A DNA stretch of 64,000 nt from Oikopleura dioica (Eukaryota; Animalia; Chordata): positions 14,322,001 through 14,386,000 of the forward strand of contig OU015567.1 in assembly GCA_907165135.1 (NCBI GenBank), given 5' to 3'. The notes under the pieces are model-generated. The model saw nothing but the letters and a program-made list of their open reading frames with translations. It had not been told where the DNA came from and made no database searches. Of the stretch, positions 48,129 through 59,067 are shown piece by piece (position 1 is the first letter of the stretch; each line of letters starts with the position of its first letter). Position numbers and translations under genes: made by a program.

Positions 48129-48582
48129 CCTGTTCTGCTCTTTTCTCGGCTCTAGCATCAGATACTTATCTTTGGAGCTTATGATTACGTAGCAGAGCCA
48201 AATTAATCTTATTTCTGCTTTCAAAAATTTTTGAAAATCATCATATTTTCTTTTGAAAACATTCATGACAGTCCAAAAAATAAAAATCGTCGCCAAAATC
48301 GTATGATCTCTTATACACATTTTTTTCTTGACAACTGCTACTAACACTGTTATCTTCAACTTCGCTCTTTCCCGTTTTACCGTTACCATCAACCCTGTTG
48401 AATTATTGATCGCAATAATTTCCAATGGTAAATTTGGACGATCACTTGAATGGAAAAATTATCAAATATCTTATGCAAGGGAAACGTTCCAAAACTGGCA
48501 GCTGTCGCGATTCTCGCATCAACTCAGATGAGCAACTTGCTTCATTTAGCATTCAGAAAAGTGCAGACAGAGATAAAAAAAT

Positions 48583-49710
48583 ATGAAGCTCAAGGCCTTC
48601 TGGTTCATTTCGAATTTAGTTAATGCAGTCCAGTGCGATCAAAATTGCTTAGGAAAGGAGAAAATAATAACTGTCAATAAAAAGGGATGAACTTTTTCAC
48701 AAGAAAAGAATTATTTTCCTAAAAAAAAAGCTCTTCAAAAATGTCAAAATGCCTGCTTAGTCCGGGATACTAAATGTCTTGAAAACTGCACAAAATGGTC
48801 CAACAACTCGGTCGATTCTGATGGAAGATACGCGATTTTGCAGCAGACCAGAGTAGTCGGCATCAACTTTCGTCAAGACAAGTTAGAGTCTGTCCATGGA
48901 TTCAACATGAACGGACACGAAGTTGACTTCGCCACATCTGTGGAGCACAATGGAGAGTTCTACGTAATCGGTGGTCTTGTTATGGACGTCATTTCGAAAG
49001 TTGGCAGTTGTGGGCTTCAGCCGATGTTGGAGCTGACGGACTCGTTGGTAATGGGAAAGGCGGCATCTTGGAATGGAAAGATTTGGATGTGTGGGGATAA
49101 GGACAAGCCTGAAGCCTGCTTTTCAACTGATTTGGCATCGATCAAGGCTGAGCCAAGTAGTGTTCAGGGACATTTGACAGGCGGCTTGGTTGTCACTCAG
49201 GACACGAATGTTTTACTCCGGTAATTGATGATTGAGTCATTCTTTTCTGAGAAGTTTTTTTAGAATTGCTGGATATACCAGAATAACAGAAGTTTTCGAT
49301 GAAAAGAATCAAGTCTGGCATTCGAATCTCATCGGAAACATGACGGATAGAATCCGAGGATTCAGCACGATTACGACGGGGCAGGAAGTTTACTTGCTCG
49401 GTGGATTCTCAGACATCCAAGATGATTACACGCCAAACATCTGGAAGTGGGTTTCTGGCCATCCAAAGGTACTAACATTGGGGTTCTCGATTGTACAGTT
49501 TTTCAGTTTGACGTTGTTGGAAAGTTGTTGCAGACGAGAATGAATTCAGCATCTGTGCTTGATCAAAATAAAATTTATACTATTGGCGGCCTTGACAACC
49601 TCAACAACGAGTACTTCGACCTTGAAACAAAAAACTCAAACTCAATGAAGACAATGTCTTCCCCGCAAATATTTTCTCAGCTGATTCCTCTTGCCAGTAC
49701 TCAGTGCTAA
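48583..49710 (+). CDS. Secreted protein: Cys-rich N-domain + kelch-like beta-propeller repeats
   Basis: Signal MKLKAFWFISNLVNA; CDQNCL|ALQKCQNACLVRDTKCLENC; repeats FYVIGG, IWMCG, VYLLGG, IYTIGG; first intron 48653-48730 is GA-AG. Confidence 0.8.
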
Positions 49711-49943
49711 TACTGTTGATATCTTGACAACGCCTCATATCTGAATAAAGCGGATACAAAACTGACAATTTTTAATTGTTGGCCATCTTGCTTGTTAGTT
49801 TAAGCATCGCGCCCTCAAGAGGCGATTGTAGGTATAACCTTATATGTTCATATATTGATCTACTCTGAAGTTCCAGCGCATCCTTTTGACTTTAATAAAC
49901 TTCTACGAAAGAAAGTAAATCAATCAGAGAAATTCCGACACTG

Positions 49944-50832
49944 ATGAGCGACGAAGCAATTTGTTCCATTTGGGAGCAGGCTAGAACTCCTCCTAGAATG
50001 ATTTTGGTCGATCTGTGGAGATTCTTGAATTCGAACAAGATTGACAAGGAAAAGACACCCAGCCTCGCTGCTGGCAGGCTCATTCTTTTTCAAACCATCA
50101 TCAATCGAAGTTCACGAGGACTCAGTTTATTAAAATAATTAGAAATATTTACAGAGAGAAAGCGCTCGAAATTAACTGCTTAAAGACGAAATGATTAAAG
50201 CGATTTGTGTCTATAAAAACTCAGGGCTGCGATTGGCAAAAATGACGACGGTTTTGCTTTGTTCGGGTTATTCCATGAGGCCCGTGGTTTAATCTTAACG
50301 AATGTGTATTTTTTACTAGTATATAAACCTCCTCGAAGCTAGAAGAACAACTCTACCGCATCGACCCCAAAGAGGAGACACTATATCTCCCTGGAGGATA
50401 CGCAGGTCTCTTTTTGGTCATGAATCAGAGTAATCGTGAAAACGAGTTCAAACCTCAAAGTACCGATTCGTTCATTTTCGAAGAACTCATGAAAATCGAC
50501 CTCGAGAATGGCGCCTGTGCAAGCCATTTCCGAGTTGTTGCGAGTTTTACTTTCAACTTCGAAATTCTAAAAAGCTCGCTTTGGGAAAAATGTAAGCAAA
50601 TTTTTTCAAATAACAAAGAAATCCGTTATTTTCTTCAAAAGATGAGATAAACTGGGCGTATAAAATCGGCGGCTACACCGTCTTCACAGCGCCAAATGAT
50701 ACAGTTCAACGAACAATGGTTGGAAATAGTCCTTATTCAAAAGAAGAAATTTATGAAATGCTCTATTCGACAGATCAGATGCTGATTTACTTGCTAGAAG
50801 ATATGCTAAAGGAGGTTGGCATCGTTCTTTGA
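49944..50832 (+). CDS. Multi-exon gene of unknown function
   Basis: Several open exons with plausible splice sites ending ..LLEDMLKEVGIVL-TGA; no recognisable domain. Confidence 0.5.
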
Positions 50833-50877
50833 GAATTGAAAAAGAACCAAATTTATCAATAATAATGCTAGGTAGTA

Positions 50878-51030
50878 GGGGTTATCATTCGAGCCGCCCC
50901 TAACCCAAAATCTAAACCAGGGGCTACGCCCCCGGGACCCCCTTAAGAGTTCCGAGTCCCTAACCCTAACCAATAGCTCAGATTCTAGAGATATTGGATG
51001 GCTCGAATCATAGGCTCGAATGATAACCCC
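50878..51030. mobile_element. MITE carrying telomere-like cctaac repeats
   Basis: TIR ggggttatcattcgagcc / ggctcgaatgataacccc; related sequence at about 61735-61890. Confidence 0.75.
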
Positions 51031-51546
51031 TCTCTACGTAATGCTAATCTGGAGACCAGAGTCAATGTCTTTAAGATTGCTAATAAAAAACCGCTAATAA
51101 TGATTCATAAATGATGTTGTCAACCTCTTGAAGGATCTTACAGTCGACGAAGCGCACGACGTTGTAATGATTCCATCTCAACTTGCTTTCACATTGCCAA
51201 GCTACGCGAGTAGTTGCTATTATCACTGCTTGATTTTCCTTTTGGAGACTTTTCCAAAACTGCAGTTCAACGGCTGCTCATTTTTCAACCACACTTCTCT
51301 GCTTCTTTTCAAACCGCTGGTGAGGAAACTCCTCAATAGAGGCTTGAATCCTTTTATTCCTCCGAATTATGACTCTGCAGGATCGCAATACTTCAATTGG
51401 TACATAATGGAATACAGTTTCGAGGCACACGAAGAGCTGCAAGAATGCACAATACAGGTCAAGGTTTCGCAAAGTGGCGTTATACAATTTTTGGAACAAT
51501 TAAGCTTGGACGAGTAGTTAAAGGAATTTCTAAGGGTGGACGACGA

Positions 51547-52047
51547 AAAAATGACGGACAGAGATGGAAATTTTCTAAACAGAGCCGAGCAACTTTGCGG
51601 GCATAATACAAATTTTGGAACTTTTCAGCCTTGGACGGGGAAAAAAGGAACTTTTAAGCTTGGACGAGGAAAAAAGGAACTGTTAAGCTTTGAAGAGGAA
51701 AAAAGGAACTGTTAAGCTTGGACGAGTAAAAGGAATTTTCGATTTGGAAAATTTTTTCAAATTGAATTTTAAGGGTGTTAGAGGCCTACCGGCCTAGAGA
51801 AACCCCTTAAAATGTTCCTTTCGATCCCCTCTTTCATTTAAACGGGGTTTCATTAGGCCGGGAGGCCTTAAAAACCCTTAAAATTTAATTTGAAAAAATT
51901 TTCCAAATCGAAAATTCCTTTTTTCCTCTTCCAAGCTTAACAGTTCCTTTTTTTCCTCGTCCAAGGCTGAAAAGTTCCAAAATTTGTATTATGCCCGCAA
52001 AGTTGCTCGGCTCTGTTTAGAAAATTTCCATCTCTGTCCGTCATTTT
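51547..52047. mobile_element. 500-bp foldback palindrome
   Basis: aaaatgacggacagagatggaaattttctaaacagagccgagcaactttgcgggcataatacaaatt.. is mirrored exactly at about 51980-52047; subrepeat aaaaggaactgttaagcttggacgag. Confidence 0.9.
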
Positions 52048-52055
52048 GTTGAACC

Positions 52056-55000
52056 TTGTTGCAGCGTGATTTATTCTGGGAAGAGCCAGTCTTCTTTCAG
52101 AACAAAAAATATATCGAAGAACTGGACATTTACGATGACCTGGTCAAAAAGTACGTCACCGGATATTCAGTCGATGGTGTTCCTTTAACCACAACTTATA
52201 ATTCGTGGTACGATATATCATGCAACAAAAGCTGCGATGATAATTGTGATCAAGCTATTCCCGCCATGCAGTTCTTTTTCGGCCAGCTGATCGACAAACA
52301 GCCTACGAAACTTCTTGGAAACGGTGGCCAAGGATCTGTTTTCGAATGCACATGGCACGGAACAAAAGCTGCGGCGAAATTTATTCCCAATCCGAAAATC
52401 CAATTATTCGAAGTTTTCGAAGACGCGCCGCATAATCTCATGGATCCGCTGCGCGAGAAAAAGATGAGACAGCTTTACACAAGCAAGGCCTCTGAGTTTT
52501 ACATCGCCAGGGAAATCAAGCATCCTCATGTCTTGCATGTGTTCGACTTTTTCTTGCAGCATAATAATGGCGAAGACGAGTTTGTCATCGTCTCTGAGCT
52601 CTGTGACTCGAAATTGAGCCAAATCAATTTCAACATTTCAGCCATTTTCAAGTTTTTCCTACAGGCTCGGGTCAGTATCGATCTATGCTCGGCACCTGTG
52701 CAGAAAACCTGAGTCAGGATCTGAAAGATTTACGAGACCATTTTTCATAAAAGATCTCTCGGACTCTGACTAAGCTTTTTTCACAGGTTGCCGAGCCAAG
52801 AGTTATACCATGAGGATTATTCGGCAAGGGAGAAAAGTTTTCGCCACCTTTCTCGTTTCCCGACAAAATCAGTGATTTCAGGGTCACTGATTGGTTAAAA
52901 TACCCATTTTTGCGCACTTCTGAGGCAGCGTCTAAAAACTTTCTACCTTTCCGAATCAACCTCATGGTACTTTGAGCTTATTTTTCGCGGTCCCAAGAAG
53001 CAATATGATACGTGAAAATCACTTTTGCGGAGCAAAATTCTAACCCCCATATTTCTTGTGCTCATTAGATAGAGCAACTCCTTAGGAGTCGAATGGTATA
53101 GTTTTAAGGGTCTGAGTCATCATCTATGACGTCATAAGGCCCCCCTTTGAAAAATGGGCATGTCCCCCTGTATCTCCGAAAATTTTCAGAAATATATGGA
53201 GATTTTGGCATCGTTAGAAAGCCCAGCTCAAACTGGCTATGAGCACAAGGTGTGCAAGAAAAAATTTCGACGAAAAAAAAATTTTTTGGGACAAAAACTT
53301 TTCTCAAAAAATTTTTTTTCGGAATTTTTTATTGCGCAACTAGTGCTCATAATCAGTTTGAGCTGAGCTTTCCAACGATACCAAAATCTCTTTATATTTC
53401 TGAGAATTTTCGGAGATACAGGGGGACATGACCTGACATTTTCAGGTACTTTAAGCACTAGAATTAGAGATATTCCGTTGCTTGGACACATAAAAATTAT
53501 ACCAATCGACTCCTCAGAACCCGCGCTACAAGATCAGCACAAAAAATATTGGGGTCCCGATTTTGCTCCGCAGAAGTCATTTTCATCTATCATATCGACC
53601 CTACAATAAAGGTTACATCAGCGATCAAAGCAATCGGAGAAAAGGGCCTGTCACATGGAGACGTGAAGCCGGAAAATATTTTACTGAAACGAGACAGTGT
53701 GACTGGTGAATTTTCCGTCCGCTTGGCTGACTTCGGAATGGCTGGCATTATAGGAGGAACACCTTTATTTATGGCGCCAGAAGTATTGAAAAAATCGATA
53801 CCTTATTTTTCTGATATATACTCGCTTGGCATTTCGATTCTCTTTACTGTCTATGAGATACACTTGGCGTTCAAGCTCTTCTTGATTCCAGGTTTAGTAT
53901 AAGAAAACTTTGTCGTTCTAGTCCAAATTCTTTAGTTGACAGCAACGTCCTTCGATCAGCGAAAAAAATCGCCCAAAAACATGAACTGACGAATTTCATT
54001 TCAAAAATGATCTCGGACGATCCCGCGATCAGGCCAAACATCGACCAGGTGAAGCAGTTTCTTTCGCTCCAGCGGTTCGCTTTTGCCGACGAAAAAAAGA
54101 TATCGGCAAAGGATCTCGGAATAGATGACGACCTGGAAGTCATACAGTCGAGTGTTGACAAGGATGTGAAGAAACGAGCTCTTAAATTTGAACATTCCCC
54201 ATTTTCCGCGGTGAACATTATGAATTCATTCAATCATTTGACATCGTATGAGGAACTATCAAAGGCAGGATAAAACTCATTTCTAATTTTTCATTAGAAA
54301 TAAAATTTATTAAAATTAAATACAAACTTTATTTATCCTTTGAAGGCGACGAAAATGATCAGCAAAACAATCCATGACCAGGTTTTGTTTACCCCATAGT
54401 ACTGTATTATTTGATAATTCATCAAATAGGGCGACTCTTTCAAATGTTGGGCTTTTGCTACAGCAAGTATGCTTCGATCTTCAATCCGTAAAATGGTAAA
54501 AGGATCGTTTACAGAAGTCTGTGCACTTATCCTTTATCAGCTTTATAATCGATCAAAAGAGTTGCAAAATTTCTCGGAGAAGGAAAAGGCTGACTTTATG
54601 GCTGTTCTCGATCATCCATCACACCATAAGGTAAATAAGATAATTGGTTCTTGCTTCAAGTATTTGCAGACTCTGAGATCAGAGCTGATGATGACTGTGA
54701 TTCCAACAAAAATGAACGCGAATGAACTCGAATCTCAAGCAGCACTGCTTGATCACGTGATGCACAGACTTTCAAAGGCCACATTTCTCCAGCGAGAAGG
54801 TAAAATTGTCTCATTTTTCAGCGCTTTCAGAAATTTTAGGCGTTCATCTTCTTGGCAGCTTGAAACCAATTTTCGATCGAATAAGCCGAGTTGAACCCGT
54901 CTTGGAAATATTCTTCCATCCTACGGAATATGATAAAAGCGGATCGAGTTTAAAGTTCTGGGCTCATCAACCTGTGTTGAAAACCTGAGTCAGGGTCCTG

Positions 55001-55328
55001 AAAAGCCCCTCGCTACGCAGGTTTTCAAAACAGGTTTTCGAGTCCAGTTGAAGTCTTATGGGGTTGTTGGCGACTTTTTCAGTGCTATAAATCAGAAAAA
55101 GACACTTGTTTGCCCGGTCAAGTAACGACTGTACAATTTATAACTTGAAATTGACGAAATCCTAGTACTGGGTCGGTTGAGATGAAGCATGCAATGTGCC
55201 TGTATGAATTTGATGAAAACGATAAGTCTTTTGTTTTCAAAAACAGCTCCATGGAAAAAACGACGATGAAAATTCCATTGACATCTTTCCAGGTCGAGGT
55301 TCTTTCTTTTAGTCATTTAAATACTTAG
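52056..55328 (+). CDS. Protein kinase fused to a C-terminal papain-like (clan CA) cysteine protease domain; start uncertain (possible upstream exon about 51167-51460)
   Basis: Kinase: LLGNGGQGSV, AAAKF, HGDVKPENILL, LADFG, GTPLFMAPE, SDIYSLG. Later exons: HDQ|GDSFKCWAFATASML, MKHAMCLY, FVFKNSS. Confidence 0.8.
52685..52800. mobile_element. MITE family A copy in kinase intron
   Basis: gctcggcacctgtgcagaaaacctgagtcagg ... cacaggttgccgagc. Confidence 0.8.
53085..53515. mobile_element. Foldback element in the same kinase intron
   Basis: catgtccccctgtatctccgaaaatt mirrored by aattttcggagatacagggggacatg; outer aggagtcgaatggtata / tataccaatcgactcct. Confidence 0.8.
54958..55047. mobile_element. 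90-bp MITE family A copy interrupting a protease-domain exon
   Basis: tt|ctgggctcatcaacctgtgttgaaaacctg ... caggttttcaaaacaggttttcgagtccag|tt; contains an in-frame TGA. Confidence 0.85.
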
Positions 55329-55486
55329 TTGAAATATTTTAATTCAAAAAATGAACCTTAAATTGAGACAAAGCTTGGGTATCACATTTCATTTGTTCAA
55401 AAACTTCTCTGAATCGACAGATGAGATAACTTTCATACGAACACCAATAAAATTTCTTACATGTTCTCTTCACTTTTTGCACTATT

Positions 55487-55656
55487 CTAGCAATAAAAAT
55501 TCTATTGCGATAAAGCAAAACAAACAGTATAAAAAGAAGGGAAAGAAGGAAAATTGTCTCTAGAAGGATGCTTGTTGTTCTTCTCAGCTGACAGTATATA
55601 AGCGTGTTTTCTAAATTTTCAATCTCATTTCATTTTGTCGAAAACAAGAAAGACTG
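55487..55656 (+). promoter_or_regulatory. Duplicate of the H2B promoter and 5' UTR
   Basis: Colinear with 57398-57573, including tctctagaaggatgcttgttgttctt..ctgac.gtatataagcg; the H2B ATG context aaagatg reads aaagactg here. Confidence 0.85.
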
Positions 55657-55780
55657 AAAATAATAGGCTGAAAATAATAATTGGAAAGGAAACAAAGTGA
55701 TACAGCGACTTCTCGGAACTAAACTATCGCTAAGAGTCAAGATCGCTAGGAAAGAATTCTTAGAAAGTGAATATTTTCAT

Positions 55781-56318
55781 ATGGCAAACAGCAAAGAAAA
55801 TAACCTGAGCAATATGGTAAAATAGGACATTAAAAGTCATGATTGTATTTTGCAGCAAAATTCCCAGATCGACGGGATCATTATCGCCAAGTGGTTTCTC
55901 CTCACAGGTTTTTTCCATTTCGAGATAGAGAAGTATCGTTTAGTCGTCTTTATTTTGTCGGCGGTTGCCATTATCCTCGTTCCAATGCTAGGGCCGGTTT
56001 TCTTTATGTCTAACGTTGGACTGGTCATTATCGGAATTGGTTGTACTCTCGGCAGAAGTGTATTTTGCTCTGAAAACGGAAAAAATTTGTGGTTGTTGAC
56101 TATCGTAAGTTAAGAAATTTATGAAAAATACCGAGAGAAATGTCATTCAGAGAATCTTATTTCCTCTTGCAATCCTTTGGAATATGCTCGTTCTGGCGTT
56201 GATGTCCCTAGACTTTTTGATAACCCAAGAGTTTGGCGAGTATAAAAGCGCAGTGATTCCTGCCATCATCCTTTTCATTCTCTATCTCGCTCTTTTATAC
56301 ATGTCGCTGAAACACTGA
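55781..56318 (+). CDS. Small multi-pass (4-5 TM) membrane protein, paralogue 1
   Basis: Exon 1 MANSKENNLSNM|gt; hydrophobic segments; short GT-AG introns. Confidence 0.7.
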
Positions 56319-56618
56319 TGCTGTACTTCGATCATAAAACCGAAAATTCAACCTCCAAATATACTATCAGCTGATTTAGAAGCAGTGATTCTGTTTGCAA
56401 GTATTCCAACTATAATCTTTGTTGAAAGCACAAAGAGTCAGCTTAGCAGGGACCTAAGTAAGCATAAAAGAATTTCTTTTCCGGATAAGATCAGAAATAA
56501 AATATAGAGCAAACAAATAGTTACAGTGTCCTCTTCGAGTAAATCTCCAACCTACAGAAGAAGTATTCAAAAATAAATTGTTTCAAATTGCGAGCAGCAA
56601 AAAGATAACCTGAGAAAT

Positions 56619-57230
56619 ATGGTAAAAGAGAAAATATGTAACTTATTAGTTATAACACTAGTCGCGGGAGAATTCCGAAAATTCATGGGGATGTGCTGGG
56701 GAAATGTCTATGCGTCGATTTCGGGGGATCATCATCGCCCAGTGGTTTCTTCTTATAGGTTTTGCATATTTAGAAACATAATTTCTATATTTATCTTTCA
56801 GCCGTAATTATTCTATTCATAACTGCTGTCACTCTTGTTCCACCCCTTGGAGACGGCTTCATTATATCGAACATTGGACTTGCCATCATCGGAATGACCG
56901 CATCCGGTCTTGGCAGGAGTGTTTATACTTCCAAAAATATGAATAGCCAGGACTGGTTGTTGAAGAAAGCGCTGTTGAATGTAACCGTAAGATGAAGAAT
57001 GAGGTCGAATCAGAAAGAGAAGTTTTCTTTCAGAATTTATTCTTCGTACTCGCAATAATTTGGAACATGCTCGTTGGTGCTGGAGCAATTGTATTAACAG
57101 CCTTAAATTTCGGTGAAAATCTGACTCTGGAACGGATTATGCCTTGTATCATCTTGTTCATTCTTTATATCGTCCTTTTCTTCATGTCTCTCGTTACTCT
57201 CATTATGCAGGTAAGCATAACAAAGCTTTC
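56619..57230 (+). CDS. Small multi-pass membrane protein, paralogue 2 (exon 1 appears decayed; 3' end approximate)
   Basis: Same motifs (GIIIAQWFLL, SNIGL.IIG, LAI.WNML, IPCIILFILY) and intron positions; the paralogous ATG reads ATT and exon 1 is 1 nt shorter. Confidence 0.55.
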
Positions 57231-57570
57231 ATTCCGTTTAACTTCATCGAGACATGCTGCGTATGGAATAAAAACGAACGAAACTCGATTAATGAATCAT
57301 AAAAAGAAACAAGAAAAAAACTTTCTTCCTTGATTTCAAGTAAAAAAATATTCAACAAAGTCTTCTGTCTGTTCCTCGTTGTTAAAATTCTAGCATTTCT
57401 AGACTAAAATTCTAGTGCGAGCTAAAATCAAAACAAATATTGAAAGAAGGGTTGAGGAAAGAAGGAATTATCTCTAGAAGGATGCTTGTTGTTCTTCCCA
57501 CCTGACTGTATATAAGCGCGTGTTTTTCCCATTTTCAGTCACATTTCATTTTTGTCAAAAAACAAAAAAG

Positions 57571-57915
57571 ATGCCCAAGAACGTTTCCAAAGCCGCCAAG
57601 CCCGCCGCCGGTGCCCGAAAGTACCGAAAGGCCCGAAAGGAGTCCTTCGGCATCTACATCTACAAGGTCCTGAAGCAGGTGCACCCCGAGCAGGGAATCT
57701 CCACCAAAGCCATGTCCATCATGAACTCGTTCGTGAACGACATCTTTGAGCGAGTCGGCTCCGAGGCTTCCCGATTGGCCCAGATCAACAAGAGATCTAC
57801 CATCTCTTCTCGAGAGATTCAGTCGGCTTGCAAGCTCCTTCTCCCCGGCGAGATTGGCAAGCACGCCATCTCTGAGGGAACCAAGGCTGTGACCAAGTAC
57901 CAAGCTTCTAAGTAA
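57571..57915 (+). CDS. H2B: Histone H2B, divergent short-tailed variant (114 aa)
   Basis: [71 protein letters not shown]; intronless. Confidence 0.97.
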   Translation: MPKNVSKAAKPAAGARKYRKARKESFGIYIYKVLKQVHPEQGISTKAMSIMNSFVNDIFERVGSEASRLAQINKRSTISSREIQSACKLLLPGEIGKHAISEGTKAVTKYQASK

Positions 57916-57942
57916 ATTTTCAATTTACGAAGAGCTAAAACC

Positions 57943-57958
57943 GGCCCTTTTCAGGGCC
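57943..57958 (+). terminator. Histone 3' stem-loop (H2B)
   Basis: ggccct-tttc-agggcc. Confidence 0.95.
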
Positions 57959-58449
57959 ACAAATAATTCCCCAAAAAGCTACAGACATTGCGTCATTTCG
58001 TGAACATTGTGTCCTCACTGACGAAGTAGAACAAGTCGGAGTGCGCAAGGCGAAAGCTTACAGAGCTTGAATTCCGTAGGAGAGATTATTTGCCACAGGA
58101 TGTGACAGCCTTATCAAACCTCAGTCGGAGATGGAACTGCTGAATGTTAAATACGGTCTATTTACAGAACTCATAGATAAGTCGCTTTGATCCTATAGTA
58201 GCGTTGAGTAAGGAGGACCTGACCATTCCTACCGCGGTACAGTTATTTACTGATGTCCTCTTCTCAAGGGTCATTATTTTCATGTTACTATGGTTATTTC
58301 GTTTCTTTTTAGGGGATTCCCTAAAGCAAGTGACATGCTGCGTGTCTCCCGGACAACAATCAGTGCATTAGTATGGTTTCCCTAGCTTATAATTAACCAA
58401 TGGAAGATATAAAATCTGTGTTCGATGAAAATATTATACCGAGAACAAG

Positions 58450-58869
58450 ATGGATAAGTTTTTCGAGCAAGACCACCCTTTTCAATCCGTTGTAGAAAAT
58501 GCAAAGAAGGAAAAAGGGGAGTTCCTTGCTAAGGATCCAAAGCATGAAGGAAAAATTTGCGAATACGTAGATGAATGGCTTGACAGGCTTGAAAGTAAAT
58601 AAATGATTTTTCAAATTAACTTTATAACTGCTTATTTAGACAACTACGATTGCGCTGAGTACGAGGACAGATTCGATGAAATTCAAGGTCAGTATCGACG
58701 ATTGATGAGTAGTGTTTGACTGTGAACCTTTATATAAGATTACCTTGACTATACCGCCGATTATTACGGATGCGGTCTTGAACTTTGTGGCCTCACTGCT
58801 GGAGCGGAACAAGTCGCAACAACTACTGCGCCGCTCTTCTTGACTCTTCTGCTTTGGCTTTTCAAGTGA
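58450..58869 (+). CDS. 3' exons of a probable GPI-anchored/TM small protein; 5' part (about 57990-58450) unresolved
   Basis: Three exons in phase via GT-AG introns, ending CGLELCGLTAGAEQVATTTAPLFLTLLLWLFK-TGA. Confidence 0.5.
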
Positions 58870-59017
58870 ACAGCTTCTTGAAGAAACCTTCTTCTACTCG
58901 CTACTTCTGAAGTAGAACTTCATACTTACGTATGGCTTTCATTCATTTATTCCAAATAAATCAGCTTTGATTATATGTCGATAGCTGTCAACTCGACGAT
59001 AGCTGTTCAATTTTTGT

Positions 59018-59033
59018 GGCCCTTAAAAGGGCC
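59018..59033 (-). terminator. Histone 3' stem-loop of the H4-like gene
   Basis: Minus strand ggccct-ttta-agggcc-acaaaaa about 35 nt after the stop. Confidence 0.93.
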
Positions 59034-59067
59034 GATTTAAAGACCCAAAGGTGCAAAATCCTCGAAT

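Noticed and set aside
53104-53491. Overlapping ORFs in the kinase intron
   Set aside because: Products of the foldback palindrome.
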